DNA from: an uncultured cyanobacterium
Lineage (GTDB): Bacteria > Cyanobacteriota > Cyanobacteriia > Cyanobacteriales > CAWCAG01
NCBI GenBank assembly: GCA_963803805.1
Contig: CAWDOD010000010.1
Coordinates: 1 to 64,000 of the forward strand
Length of the DNA: 64,000 bases
Direction of reading: 5' to 3'
Shown here piece by piece: positions 18,467-29,141 of this stretch; position 1 is the first letter of the stretch; every line of letters starts with the position of its first letter. The notes beneath the pieces are model-generated. The model was not told the origin of the DNA. It saw nothing but the letters and a program-made list of their open reading frames with translations, and made no database searches. Both the position numbers and the translations under genes were made by a program.

Positions 18467-21217
18467 ATGGAATACTGGGAATTTCTCCTCCAACAAGAAG
18501 GCAACCGCCGCTGGATTCCAATTAAAAATGCTAAAGTCCAACTTGAAGAAGGCAAGTATCGAGTAGTTGCCCATTCTTCCTATGCTAATTGTCATGTGGA
18601 AGTGCGAGTTACTTACAAGTCAACGGATGAAGTACCACCAAAGCGTCGTTCCCAGAAGCGATCGCGGTATACTAACCAAGAAGGGTTGATGGTTGTTATT
18701 CCTTTTACCACCCTTAAACCTGGGCTATGGGAGTTACGTTGTTCCGGAGATGTTGTTTCTGATTTCTTTGGAGAATCATGGCAAGAAAGCGTTAGATTTC
18801 AAGTGTTACCCCAGAAGGTAGAAGAAGTAGAAGAAGAAGTAACTGTAAGTCCTATTCAGGAAGAGAGTGAGGGTGAAACTCCCTCTACGATAACTTCTCA
18901 ATCAGAAAGTATAGATACAGATTTAACTGCCCAAACAACTATTTCTGTAGGGGAAGATTTTAATCCAGAGAGTTATTTCAACCAAGGTAGCCAGGAAAGC
19001 TTAGATATCGATACAAGTCCTATTCAGGAAGAGAGTGAGGGTGAAACTCCCTCTGCTATAACTTCTCAATCAGAAAGTATAGATACAGATTTAACTACCC
19101 AAACAACTATTTCTGTAGGGGAAGATTTTAATCCAGAGAGTTACTTTAATCAAGATAATCAACCAAGCTTAGATATTGATACAAGTCCTATTGAGGAAGA
19201 GTTTGAGGTTGAAACTCCCGCTGCTATAACTTCTCAAGAAGAAAATCAAGACAGTAACTTCATAGCCCAAATAACTAACTCTATTGAAGCAGAATTTGAG
19301 AATCAGAGTTACTTTAACCAAACTAATCAAGAAAATATTCCTACTGAAGTTGAAGACATAGAAACAAGTTTTAATGCCCAAGTTTCCTTAGAAGAAATTG
19401 CGGCTTTACAAACCGAAGAAGAAGAATCTATTAACGAAAATTCTGTGATAACAGAAGAAATCGAAGATCCTTTTGAAATCTATTTACAAGAAGAACTAAA
19501 TTCAGCTTCAGAATCAACAGAATCAATAGAAGTTCAAGAAGAAACTATCTACAAACTTACCCCTGAAGAAATCATAGCTTCTGAACGTAAAGAATTAGCT
19601 GCTTATGATGGAGAAGGGGAAACTGCTTCTCAAACAAATATTACTTCTACCCCTACTAACCAACTCCTAGATCAATCTGTACAAAATTTAGAACAGATGT
19701 TGAAAGAGGTTGTTGAACCTCTGCTACAAGAATTAGAAAATTCTTCAGAAGAATTTGAATTTCATCCTCCAATCGAAGAACAAGAGATATTTCCTTCAGA
19801 AGTAGGGTTAAACGAAGAAGAGGAAGAATTAATATTAACCATAGATCGGGAAGCCTTCGTGCGTCGTCAAGGGGAATCTGTAGTCATTTCGGGACGCTTA
19901 GATATTCCGGCAAAGGAACAATCCTCTGGGCAGCATTTATTTAATGGTGCATTACGCTACAGATTGCGAAATCCCCAAACTTCAGAAGTTCTCTTTGAAG
20001 CACAACAACCTTTAAAAGAACAGCGCATTCCTCTAGCTTTCAGCTATCCTTTAGATATTCCTCTAGAATGCGACAGTCACTTAATTTTAGGGGAAGTAAT
20101 CTTAGAACAACAACCAGAGTGGCACAACCGCAACGAGAGTTACGATATTATTGCTGTTCAAGCTTTTAGTATCGCTGCTGACTTGTCAGAATTATTAACA
20201 GCAGTTTCTTTTTCTCAAGTTGAAGAGGAGACAGGAGAAACTGAAGAAGTAAAAAACTATTATTCTCAACCTTCTTTGTTCTCTTCCCCAGGAACTTCGA
20301 GCATAAATCTCGACTTTTTAAGCTTTGTTAATGGCCCAAATCATTCTCAACCTCAAGTTATAGAAACTCCGGAAATTCATGTCGAATCATCTTTAACTGA
20401 AGAAGAGATTTCCCCGATAAAAAAAATTGAGGAAATACCCAAAGATGAGGATACTGATACCAATTCTGCCCTAGAAAGTGCAGCAGAAAAAGAGACAGAT
20501 CCTAGTAAAAGTGCTTTTAAAAGCTTGAAATTCCAAGACCGCTTTTTATCAAGATTAAATTCCTTAGCCATCAAAGATCAACCATCTGAACCTACATCTT
20601 TAATAAAAGATATTAATAGGGGCGAAGAATCTTCTCCCTCTACCCCTCAGCAAAAAACTCCTCAACCTAAACCAACTCACCCTCAAAATCCACCTCCTCG
20701 CTACTCTCCTACTAATGTCGCCGCCGACTTAGATAGTTATGAAATTGTTGTTGATGACGATGAAAGCCTTTTTGAAACCCCTCCCCAGCTAGATACTTCG
20801 GGATTGCCTTATCCTGCTGAATTAACCCAAGCTAAAAAAGAAACTTCCCTCAATTCCGAAGCCCCTGTACCGACACCAACTTTAACTATTCTTGACGAAG
20901 AATTAATTGCCAACAAACCCGCCATCCTTCGCATCAAACTACCTGCTTATACAGGGCCAATTTACGTTAAGTTGTGGATACAAGACCGCCAAACTCGCTA
21001 CATAATCGAAAGTCCTCGCGCCTTAGTTGACTTCGCTACAAGTCGGACAGGAGACTTAGAAACCCTCGCTCAAGTAGTCGTACCAGAAGGTAGCATGGAG
21101 GTAAGATTACACGCGATCGCCATTGATACAGAAACTCAATGCGAAAGCCGCAAGGCAACTTTAGATCGGGTTGTTATTCCCCCAGATTTACCGGAAGTTT
21201 CTTTAGATGATTTTTAA
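18467..21217 (+). CDS. Large acidic conserved cyanobacterial hypothetical protein
   Basis: 916-aa ORF with ordered N-terminal (MEYWEFLLQQEG) and C-terminal beta-rich domains separated by Glu-rich linkers. Confidence 0.8.
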   Translation: MEYWEFLLQQEGNRRWIPIKNAKVQLEEGKYRVVAHSSYANCHVEVRVTYKSTDEVPPKRRSQKRSRYTNQEGLMVVIPFTTLKPGLWELRCSGDVVSDFFGESWQESVRFQVLPQKVEEVEEEVTVSPIQEESEGETPSTITSQSESIDTDLTAQTTISVGEDFNPESYFNQGSQESLDIDTSPIQEESEGETPSAITSQSESIDTDLTTQTTISVGEDFNPESYFNQDNQPSLDIDTSPIEEEFEVETPAAITSQEENQDSNFIAQITNSIEAEFENQSYFNQTNQENIPTEVEDIETSFNAQVSLEEIAALQTEEEESINENSVITEEIEDPFEIYLQEELNSASESTESIEVQEETIYKLTPEEIIASERKELAAYDGEGETASQTNITSTPTNQLLDQSVQNLEQMLKEVVEPLLQELENSSEEFEFHPPIEEQEIFPSEVGLNEEEEELILTIDREAFVRRQGESVVISGRLDIPAKEQSSGQHLFNGALRYRLRNPQTSEVLFEAQQPLKEQRIPLAFSYPLDIPLECDSHLILGEVILEQQPEWHNRNESYDIIAVQAFSIAADLSELLTAVSFSQVEEETGETEEVKNYYSQPSLFSSPGTSSINLDFLSFVNGPNHSQPQVIETPEIHVESSLTEEEISPIKKIEEIPKDEDTDTNSALESAAEKETDPSKSAFKSLKFQDRFLSRLNSLAIKDQPSEPTSLIKDINRGEESSPSTPQQKTPQPKPTHPQNPPPRYSPTNVAADLDSYEIVVDDDESLFETPPQLDTSGLPYPAELTQAKKETSLNSEAPVPTPTLTILDEELIANKPAILRIKLPAYTGPIYVKLWIQDRQTRYIIESPRALVDFATSRTGDLETLAQVVVPEGSMEVRLHAIAIDTETQCESRKATLDRVVIPPDLPEVSLDDF
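18847..19350 (+). repeat. Three in-frame tandem 168-bp (56-aa) repeats
   Basis: aagtcctatt starts at 18847, 19015 and 19183; copies 1 and 2 are near-identical and copy 3 is diverged. Confidence 0.92.
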
Positions 21218-21293
21218 GAGTTAATTCGTAAGTCTACTAGCAAGAGGTGCAACGGGCTATTGCCGTTATTGGCTTTGGTTAATATCTGTCAAG

Positions 21294-21530
21294 TTAAACT
21301 AAATCAGAAGGAGGGCGATCACTATTCCAAGCCCACCAAACTTGACTACATTTACAAAGATAAAAAGTTTGCCATTTGTGGCGATAGTTTTCCATGCTTA
21401 CAGGCGCACGTCGATTTAACCAAACTTTTTGGGCTTCTGTTGCTGCTTCATGACAGCAAGGACATTCATACTTCAAAGCATGGATCGCTGTTTCTGTCCA
21501 TTGAGGGGGTTTGGGGCTAAAAGCTTCCAT
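21294..21530 (-). CDS. Small Cys-rich (Zn-ribbon-like) conserved hypothetical protein
   Basis: CPCC...VWLNRRAPV...FYLCKC..WWAW pattern. Confidence 0.75.
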   Translation of the reverse strand: MEAFSPKPPQWTETAIHALKYECPCCHEAATEAQKVWLNRRAPVSMENYRHKWQTFYLCKCSQVWWAWNSDRPPSDLV

Positions 21531-21624
21531 AAAAAAGTAGTGAGGAGAAAGTAATTTGAAGAAATGATAAATGTTTAATATTTAATAGTATAAGGTTGAG
21601 GAAAGATGCAACCTGTGTCCTTAG

Positions 21625-22050
21625 TTAGACAGAAAAATTCTGTTCCCCTACACTTGCTGGTAGTTCAGGAAATTCTTGAGCGCTAGGAAGTTCTTTAGCA
21701 TCTCCAGTTTGAATATAACCAGTATAGAGAGCGCCTTCTTCAATTTCCAATGCCCCAGCAATAACATCTCCTTCTAAACGGGCTGTCCTGCTTAAGACTA
21801 GTTTTTGTTCTGCAACTACACGGGCTTTAATTACCCCTCTTAAAATGATATTCCGGCCGCGCACTTCTGGGCCTTCTATTAATCCTGTTTCAGAAATTTC
21901 AATATCACCTTGCACTTCTACAGTACCGTGAATTACCCCATCAACGTGCAAGAAACCTTCTGCGTGCAAACTACCACTAATTTCGCTAGTTTTGCTTAAA
22001 CAAGTGAATAGTGAACTTTGTTGGGGTGGGGGTGGAGATTTACGAAACAT
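21625..22050 (-). CDS. Bactofilin (polymer-forming cytoskeletal) family protein
   Basis: Beta-helical G-x-I/V repeats, ARLEGDV and LEIEEGA. Confidence 0.88.
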   Translation of the reverse strand: MFRKSPPPPQQSSLFTCLSKTSEISGSLHAEGFLHVDGVIHGTVEVQGDIEISETGLIEGPEVRGRNIILRGVIKARVVAEQKLVLSRTARLEGDVIAGALEIEEGALYTGYIQTGDAKELPSAQEFPELPASVGEQNFSV

Positions 22051-22108
22051 ACTTCTAACTTTCATTAAAATTGCTAACATGGAAAATTTCGCTTCAATCA
22101 ACTAATAG

Positions 22109-23521
22109 TTACTTAAAAATACTTCGACGGTTTAAACCTATTGCTCCTTTAAATTCTGCTTCTGCCACTTCAGCATTAGCGAAATTAACCTCCCCTAAAA
22201 AAGCTTGATTGAAGTTAGTGCTTTTGAGATTAGCGTAACTAAGATTAGCTTTTTCTAAGTTAGCATAGCTAAAATCAGCAGATGTTAAATCAGTATAAGT
22301 TAAATCGGCGTTGATTAACTGTGCTGATGTTAAAGTAGCTTCTAATAAATTTGCTCCCACTAAGTTGGCATTACTCAATACGGCTTCTCTGAGAATAGCT
22401 TCCCTTAAGTAAACGCCCCTTAAATTCGCCTCAAGTAAGATTGCTTGGTGTAAATAAGCAAAAGAGAGATTAGATCCTGTTAAGTTAGCCTTAGTTAACT
22501 TAGCTGATGCTAACTTAGCTCTGGTTAAATCTGCATCAACTAATTGAGCATTTTCTAAGTTAGCTCGATTGAAACCAGTATCTTTTAAATTTGCTTGAGA
22601 TAAATTTGCTCTTTGTAAGTTAGCACTATTTAATTCTGCTGCTTCTAACACCGCTTCAGTTAAGTTTGTCCCGACTAAAGTCGCTGCTTTAAAGTTGGTT
22701 TCAACTAAATAAGCTTTGGTTAAATTAGCGCCACTAAGGTTTGCTTGACCAAATTTAGCTAATTCTAAACTTGCTTCTGCCAAGTCCGCACTAATCAAAT
22801 TAGCCCCTTGTAAATCAGCAATGGGTAACTTGGCGCGGCGCAAATCTGTACTGGATAAATTAGCACCTATTAAGTTAGCTTTCCTCAAATTAGCTTGGCT
22901 TAAATTAGCTCCCTGGAAGTTAGCATAACGACCATCAATATTTTCTAAATTAGTACTATTGAGACTGGCTCCTTGTAAATCTGTATTCACTAAAATTGCT
23001 TCCGTTAAATCAGCAATATCTAAGTTAGTAGGACTTTCTTCTGGATTTTCTGGGACTGAAACTTTTGTAAATAAATCTAGAGCATTAATTGTTTCAACAC
23101 TACTAAGAGATTGATTTTCTTCTCTTTCTTCTCTTTCATCATCAGCCTTCTTAATCTCCTCCAAAGGTTGTTTAGGTTTGAGCTTAACTCCTAATTTGGC
23201 ATTACTTAAATCAGCTCTTTTTAAATTGGTTGACTGCATTTGAGCGTGGCGTAAGTCAGCATTTTTTAAGTTTGCTTTAGCTAAGTCAGCATCTCTTAAA
23301 TCTGCATATTCTAAATTAGCTCCTTCTAAATCCGCTTCTGCGAGTGCTGCATTACTTAAATCACAGTGAGGACAAGAGTTGGTAGCTAATAACTTCTCCA
23401 CATCTGCTTGGTTAGCTGCTTGGGCAGGGAGGTTGAAGCTTAAGTAATAGGTAATAGGTAATAGGTAATAGGTAAGCTTGATTTTGTACCTTACTAATTT
23501 AATAATTGCTAGTAACTTCAT
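22109..23521 (-). CDS. Pentapeptide repeat protein with signal peptide
   Basis: LLATNSCPHCDL cap followed by many A(D/N)Lxx repeats. Confidence 0.92.
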   Translation of the reverse strand: MKLLAIIKLVRYKIKLTYYLLPITYYLSFNLPAQAANQADVEKLLATNSCPHCDLSNAALAEADLEGANLEYADLRDADLAKANLKNADLRHAQMQSTNLKRADLSNAKLGVKLKPKQPLEEIKKADDEREEREENQSLSSVETINALDLFTKVSVPENPEESPTNLDIADLTEAILVNTDLQGASLNSTNLENIDGRYANFQGANLSQANLRKANLIGANLSSTDLRRAKLPIADLQGANLISADLAEASLELAKFGQANLSGANLTKAYLVETNFKAATLVGTNLTEAVLEAAELNSANLQRANLSQANLKDTGFNRANLENAQLVDADLTRAKLASAKLTKANLTGSNLSFAYLHQAILLEANLRGVYLREAILREAVLSNANLVGANLLEATLTSAQLINADLTYTDLTSADFSYANLEKANLSYANLKSTNFNQAFLGEVNFANAEVAEAEFKGAIGLNRRSIFK

Positions 23522-24840
23522 TCTACATACTGAACTCTATAAATACGGCCATTTGCTTCTTCTGTTAACAACAAACTACCATCAGGTAAAGCCAATAAAC
23601 CAACTGGCCTTCCCCAAGTAGAAGGGACTTTTGGTTTGAGTAAAAAACCTGTTAAGAAATCTTCATAATATCCTTCAGGATTACCCTCATCATTAAAAGG
23701 AACAAAAACAATTTTATATCCTGTCCCTTGATTGCGGTTCCAAGAACCTCTAAAGGCTACAAATGCTCCTTGACGATATTTTTCTGGAAAAGTTGAGCCA
23801 TCGTAAAATTGCAGCCCTAAAGCTGCTGAGTGAGACTGGAAAAGTACATCTGGAGTTTTGGTTTTAGCAGCTAAATCTGGCTGTTTGCTTTTACCATTAT
23901 TTGCTTGACGGGGATCGAGGAGATTTGGTGTCAAATAAGCAAAAGGCCAACCATAAAATTCCCCAGCACGAATGCGAGTAAAATAATCCGGTACGAGGTC
24001 ATCCCCTAAGCCGTCTCTTTCATTAACGGTGGTATATAATTCTTTGGTGGTAGGATGAAAATCTAAGCCGACAGGATTACGCAAACCGAAAGCAAAGGTT
24101 TCTTGCTCAGAACCATCAAGATTCATGACTTGAACAGAGGCACGGGGTAAAGATTCTACATCAGCATTAGAACGAGAACCCACAGAAACATAAAGTTTAT
24201 CTCCTTGAGGAGAAGCTACTACATTCCTTGTCCAATGTTGGTTATAGCCCCCTCCAGGTAAATCAGCAATCTTTTCTCCTTTACCTTCAAGTTGTTCTTG
24301 GGTTTGGTTATAAGTATAGCGGCGCACTTCGTTAGTGTTACCGAGGAAAAAGTAACCCTGGCTAAAAGCCATACCAAAGGGAATATTTAAGCCATTTTCC
24401 TGGCTGGCAAAAGTTCTTTCCCCATCAGCGACACCATCACCATCCCTATCTTGTAACAAACGAATACGATTCTGCCGTGTCTCTGTGACTAAAACATCGC
24501 CATCTGGGGTTAAAGCTAACCAACGAGGTGCATCTAATCCAGAAGCAAAAACATTCACTTGAAAACCTGTTGGTACTTTTAAGGTTGGGTTGGCAGGAAT
24601 ATCTACTACTTGAGGAGGGTTGGAAGCACTATTAGTTGCGAAAGGTTGAGGTAAGTCTTCTAGGTTTACTTTAATTGGTTGAGGGGAAAGAGTTTCTGTA
24701 GTGATTAAGTTATTTGTGGAAACATTCTCTGGGGTTGTTGGCGTTACAGATTCGGGTTCATCAATAGAAGCACTATTAGAAGTAGTACAACCAGCTATAA
24801 AGGTAAGCAGGAAGATTATTTTAGTTATTTTATGATTCAT
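23518..24840 (-). CDS. PQQ-dependent sugar/sorbosone dehydrogenase family lipoprotein
   Basis: Lipobox IAGC; HWTR, GLRNPVG, VNERDGLGDDLVPDY and GRPVG motifs. Confidence 0.9.
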   Translation of the reverse strand: MNHKITKIIFLLTFIAGCTTSNSASIDEPESVTPTTPENVSTNNLITTETLSPQPIKVNLEDLPQPFATNSASNPPQVVDIPANPTLKVPTGFQVNVFASGLDAPRWLALTPDGDVLVTETRQNRIRLLQDRDGDGVADGERTFASQENGLNIPFGMAFSQGYFFLGNTNEVRRYTYNQTQEQLEGKGEKIADLPGGGYNQHWTRNVVASPQGDKLYVSVGSRSNADVESLPRASVQVMNLDGSEQETFAFGLRNPVGLDFHPTTKELYTTVNERDGLGDDLVPDYFTRIRAGEFYGWPFAYLTPNLLDPRQANNGKSKQPDLAAKTKTPDVLFQSHSAALGLQFYDGSTFPEKYRQGAFVAFRGSWNRNQGTGYKIVFVPFNDEGNPEGYYEDFLTGFLLKPKVPSTWGRPVGLLALPDGSLLLTEEANGRIYRVQYVE

Positions 24841-25014
24841 GGCTATTTATATTTTTGAGTAAATTCTTAATTCTTTATTGAGCAATAAGTTTACTTTTGC
24901 CACCTGCCCATTTTGAAAAAGGACGAAATAATGCTTGGGAGAGGAGGCGAGTTGACCTAAAATATAGATCGATTGCTCAGTAGCCAGTTAAGTAGTAAAC
25001 CTGCTGCAAGAAAA

Positions 25015-25218
25015 ATGCAAGATTTCATTGAAAACATCCTACGTTACCCTCGATACTTAATCTCCATTAGTTTAGGAATTTTCTGGGCATTCTTGAGGCG
25101 CTTTGCTCCTCTGATGAAAAATCCTGTGACGGCTGTAGCCTCTATAGGACTATTTTTGGGAGTTTTTGCTTTCCTCTTTCTCACCCTAGAAGCAATGTTA
25201 GGACTAAAGCCAGTTTAA
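25015..25218 (+). CDS. DUF751 family membrane protein
   Basis: FIENILRYPRYLIS...TLEAMLG; lies upstream of rbfA. Confidence 0.85.
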   Translation: MQDFIENILRYPRYLISISLGIFWAFLRRFAPLMKNPVTAVASIGLFLGVFAFLFLTLEAMLGLKPV

Positions 25219-25296
25219 ATAATAAGGAGAACAAATAATAGGAGCGCTGGAATATTCGCCCCGCCTACAAGATCACCACAATTAGAGCAGAAAATT

Positions 25297-25677
25297 ATGG
25301 TTACGAGCCGTCGAGTTTCTAAAGTTGCTTCTTTGATTAAACAAGAAGTTAGCCAAATGTTACTCAGTGAGATAAAAGATGATAGAGTTGGTGCTGGTAT
25401 GGTTAGCATCACTGATGTAGAAGTTTCTGGAGATTTACAACACGCTAAAATTTTTGTCAGTATCTATGGAACTCCTGAAGCTAGAGAAGAGACAATGATA
25501 GGCTTAGACTCTTCTGCTAGGTTTGTACGGCGAGAATTGGGACAAAGGTTACGCCTGCGTAGAACCCCAGAAGTAAGATTTATTGAAGACACTTCCTTAG
25601 AAAAAGGCGATCGCATGATCAGCTTATTGGATAGTATTAGCCAATCTCGTCGGGAAACTGATGAGAGTGATAGCTAA
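25297..25677 (+). CDS. rbfA: Ribosome-binding factor A
   Basis: [19 protein letters not shown] and LRRTPEVRF motifs. Confidence 0.96.
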   Translation: MVTSRRVSKVASLIKQEVSQMLLSEIKDDRVGAGMVSITDVEVSGDLQHAKIFVSIYGTPEAREETMIGLDSSARFVRRELGQRLRLRRTPEVRFIEDTSLEKGDRMISLLDSISQSRRETDESDS

Positions 25678-25730
25678 TGGCTAATGGCTAGTTGCTAATT
25701 GTTCTCACCCAATCTCCCCATCTCCCTACT

Positions 25731-27314
25731 ATGCCAAATGACTTAAAATCTCGAATTGGGCAAATGATTGTCGTTAGGGCTTGTGGTTATTTGTTTGATC
25801 GCCAGATTCGTTATCCAGTTTGGGAAGCCCCTAATCATCAACTTAAACATTGGTTGCAAGATTGGAATGTTGGTGGTGTAATCCTTCTTGGTGGCAGTGT
25901 GGGAGATTTATCTTTACGCACCCAACAACTGCAAAATTGGGCGAAAACTCCCCTTTTTGTTGCCGCAGATATAGAAGAAGGAGTGGGGCAGAGATTTCCT
26001 GGGGCTACTTGGTTTCCCCCTCCTATGGCTTGTGGTGCGATCGCCGCTAAAAATGCTTCTTTAGGAGAAGATTATGCTTATAAAATGGGAGCTATTACTG
26101 CTAAAGAAGCCTTAGCCCTTGGTATTAACTGGATTTTAGCCCCTGTGGTGGATGTTAATAACAATCGGCACAATCCGGTAATTAATGTCCGCTCCTTCGG
26201 GGAAACCCCAGAAGTGGTAGGAAATTTAGCCACAGCATTTATTCGTGGTACAAAAGAATATCCCCTTCTCTCCACCGCCAAGCATTTTCCTGGGCATGGA
26301 GACACCTCTACAGATTCCCATCTCCATCTACCTTTAATTCCCCATAATGATTGTCGCCTCAGTACCGTAGAAATACCTCCTTTCCAACAGGCGATCGCCG
26401 CAGGAGTTGATAGTGTAATGAGCGCTCATTTACTCATTCCTGCTTGGGATGCAGAACTTCCTGCCACCCTTTCACCCCAAATTTTAACCCAACAATTACG
26501 GCATAAACTTGGTTTTACGGGTTTGGTGGTTACAGATGCTTTAGTTATGGGGGGAGTGGCTAAATTTGCCTCCCCTGAAGAAATTGCGGTGATGGCGGTG
26601 GCTGCGGGGGCAGATGTTCTTTTGATGCCTGATGATCCTGAAGTAGCTATCGAAGCCATATTTAATGCCGTTCAAACTGGAAAAATCCCCATAGAAAGTA
26701 TTGAAGCCTCTTTAAACAGGATCGCCCTAGCTAAAGAGAAAATCACCTTTAACACCAAAGAAATCACCTCAGCATTAGATGATCCTGAAGCTGAGAAAGT
26801 AGCGGAAAGTATTATTAAAGAATCTTTAATAACAGGGGGTTCCTTACCAATCCCGGCAAACTCTCCTCATCACTCCTCCAAACGCCGTAATTTAATTATT
26901 CTTGATAATGCTCTAGATTGCGACTTCCTTGCCCGTCATACCCCAGCGATCACAATTCCTCAACAACTTGGTTATCAATTACAATTACTTGATATGAGCC
27001 TCCCTAGCCTAGAATTAGAAGGAGAACAAGAAACTCTGCTGCAAATATTTGTGAGGGGGAACCCTTTCCGAGGGACAGCAGAACTCTCAAGTTCTTTACA
27101 AGATTTGATTAAGAATTTGTTAAAGAATAATCGGATTTTGGGTCTAGGGATATATGGTAGTCCTTATCTATGGCAGTGGTTAGAGCCTCATTTTGATAAA
27201 GACTTACCTTGGGTATTTTCCTATGGGCAAATGCCTTTAGCACAAAAGTCCGTTTTAGAAACTTTATTTACCCCCTTGAATCTAACCAATTCTAGACAAG
27301 AAATATTTATTTAA
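25731..27314 (+). CDS. Glycoside hydrolase family 3 (NagZ-like)
   Basis: KHFPGHGDTSTDSH and VTDALVM motifs. Confidence 0.92.
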   Translation: MPNDLKSRIGQMIVVRACGYLFDRQIRYPVWEAPNHQLKHWLQDWNVGGVILLGGSVGDLSLRTQQLQNWAKTPLFVAADIEEGVGQRFPGATWFPPPMACGAIAAKNASLGEDYAYKMGAITAKEALALGINWILAPVVDVNNNRHNPVINVRSFGETPEVVGNLATAFIRGTKEYPLLSTAKHFPGHGDTSTDSHLHLPLIPHNDCRLSTVEIPPFQQAIAAGVDSVMSAHLLIPAWDAELPATLSPQILTQQLRHKLGFTGLVVTDALVMGGVAKFASPEEIAVMAVAAGADVLLMPDDPEVAIEAIFNAVQTGKIPIESIEASLNRIALAKEKITFNTKEITSALDDPEAEKVAESIIKESLITGGSLPIPANSPHHSSKRRNLIILDNALDCDFLARHTPAITIPQQLGYQLQLLDMSLPSLELEGEQETLLQIFVRGNPFRGTAELSSSLQDLIKNLLKNNRILGLGIYGSPYLWQWLEPHFDKDLPWVFSYGQMPLAQKSVLETLFTPLNLTNSRQEIFI

Positions 27315-27491
27315 TAAGTTGTTCAGCAAATTTATTTAGCTAAATGCAATCTATAAGGTTTTTTCTAACAGTTAATTACTTAATTGATACAAAATAAACC
27401 AATTATTGCTTAAGTGAATATATCAATGGCAAAAATATTATGTTTATTAATCTAATGTTTTGTTTTATTTATCAGACCATCCATTTCATCT

Positions 27492-27505
27492 GTATCTTTA
27501 TATAC
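27492..27505 (+). promoter_or_regulatory. Possible NtcA box
   Basis: GTA-TCTTTATA-TAC (GTA-N8-TAC) about 85 nt upstream of the DUF4327 gene; no canonical -10 at 22-23 nt. Confidence 0.35.
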
Positions 27506-27589
27506 TGAAATGTAAATTATTCTTTTTCTTGAAGAATATCTACTCCACAAAAATCTCTAAGCTACGTCCACTTTAGTTAGGTTTAAACC

Positions 27590-27832
27590 ATGAGTGCTAA
27601 TACATTGACATCCATACCCATCGATGACTACTCCATAGGAACAATCAAAGATGAAGCTAGACATTTAGTAGAAAGAGGGCTTTTGAGCCGCAACCAGCCT
27701 ATTTATGTTCTCTGCCAATATATCCCTGCCCGCGAATGGGTATGTATAGAATCAGAGTTAGAGCGTTGCGAGTATCTATTGCGCGATCGCGTCGGGGATC
27801 TAATTGGTTCAGAACATTGGGACAATGACTAA
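27590..27832 (+). CDS. DUF4327 family protein
   Basis: IKDEARHLV...QPIYVLCQYIPAREW...LLRDRVGDLIG..WDND. Confidence 0.85.
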   Translation: MSANTLTSIPIDDYSIGTIKDEARHLVERGLLSRNQPIYVLCQYIPAREWVCIESELERCEYLLRDRVGDLIGSEHWDND

Positions 27833-28031
27833 AGCTTAGGACTTCTGCTAGCTTACAAAAACTATTGATGACTCCTCAACCGAAGAATGAATAGCTGTCC
27901 TAACGAAAAATCAAGCTGAGAACACTTTTTCGCAAAAACGAACATACTTGATTTTTCCCCTACTAAAACTATCCCAGCATGGTAGCAACAAAGAAGTCAA
28001 CCACTCAAAATAATGGTAATTAGTTGAAATC

Positions 28032-28412
28032 TTACTTCCGTTCTTGTTCCAATTCACTTCTGAGGGCAGTGATTTCGGAAGTAAGTTCTTCCAACTCTGT
28101 TTGAATATAAGCATTACTCACACCAGTAGAAGTAGTAGAGCTATTGTTAACTTCTACTGTCTGGCTGGGTGCATTACTACTAGAAGCTTGCCGGTTATTG
28201 ATAAATTGTTCAACTACCTGGCGAGCTTCTTGCTCAGTAATTTCTCCTTTCGCTGCCCATTCTTGAACTTTTTGACTAAGGTTAGAGGAAAGTTCGGCTA
28301 GAGTTTGTTCCCGCTTCTGAGAATCTTGAACTGTTTCTACAAGAGCCGTAGTTGCCCCTAGAGTGACACGAAACCCTTGTTTAACAAATTCAAATAAACT
28401 ATTAGACTTCAT
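28032..28412 (-). CDS. Conserved hypothetical coiled-coil protein (phasin-like)
   Basis: GFRVTLGATTALVET..., KGEITEQEAR, and a C-terminal coiled coil. Confidence 0.7.
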   Translation of the reverse strand: MKSNSLFEFVKQGFRVTLGATTALVETVQDSQKREQTLAELSSNLSQKVQEWAAKGEITEQEARQVVEQFINNRQASSSNAPSQTVEVNNSSTTSTGVSNAYIQTELEELTSEITALRSELEQERK

Positions 28413-28476
28413 TACTTCATTTTTTCCCAATGATAAACTTATCAATTGTTAATGATCAATTTATAATTATTGAATC

Positions 28477-28830
28477 TTAGCCTACCTGTTCTAAATACTG
28501 ATTAATATCTTCAATGATACGGGTAAGTTCAGCTTCTACAGTGAGGCGAATACGATCATCACGTAAAGTTATTAATACTTTGGCAGCAAAAGGGCTAGGG
28601 TAAATATTGGGGTTACAGAAAACTTCTAAAAATATATCTCCTGTATAGCGATACTCCATCGGGGCTTGGGGCTTGGGCTTGCCGCCGCCAGTTTTTGCAG
28701 CGTTAGCCTTGAGAGTTTTCGTTAAAGTTACTATTTCTTGTCGCAAATCTGTCGCCGCAGATGCGGAAAAACCGAAAGAGATAGAACCTTGAACTAAATT
28801 GAAAGTAAGTTGAGGTTGAGATGGAGGCAT
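28477..28830 (-). CDS. Conserved cyanobacterial hypothetical protein
   Basis: FLEVFCNPNIYPSPFAAKVLITLRD motif. Confidence 0.8.
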   Translation of the reverse strand: MPPSQPQLTFNLVQGSISFGFSASAATDLRQEIVTLTKTLKANAAKTGGGKPKPQAPMEYRYTGDIFLEVFCNPNIYPSPFAAKVLITLRDDRIRLTVEAELTRIIEDINQYLEQVG

Positions 28831-28839
28831 GGTTTTACA

Positions 28840-28868
28840 AGTCAAAAGTCAAAAGTCAAAAGTCAAAG
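28840..28868. repeat. Heptamer STRR run (AGTCAAA)n; other runs occur at ~23445 (TAATAGG), ~25675 (CTAATGG), ~31502 (CAAATGA) and ~33082 (TTACTTA)
   Basis: Directly visible tandem heptamers. Confidence 0.85.
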
Positions 28869-29141
28869 TTAAAAATTTATTCCTTAGCAACCCCATTGAA
28901 TTATTGGGGTACTGACAAAATCTTAATATTTGCTCGTTAATAGGATTATCTTTAATCTAGTTTCTGTCAGAATGTACCAGAGAATGGCGTTAATAACCGT
29001 TAATTATTAAAAAGTATCTCAATAACGAAAATAATCATCATCAGGTAGCGCTAGCTGTAATCAATAATGGACAAAGGCTTCAGAGATTTACCCCCTAAAA
29101 TAAGGATTAAAGAACCTTAATTTATTAGTAGGGCTATTTAT

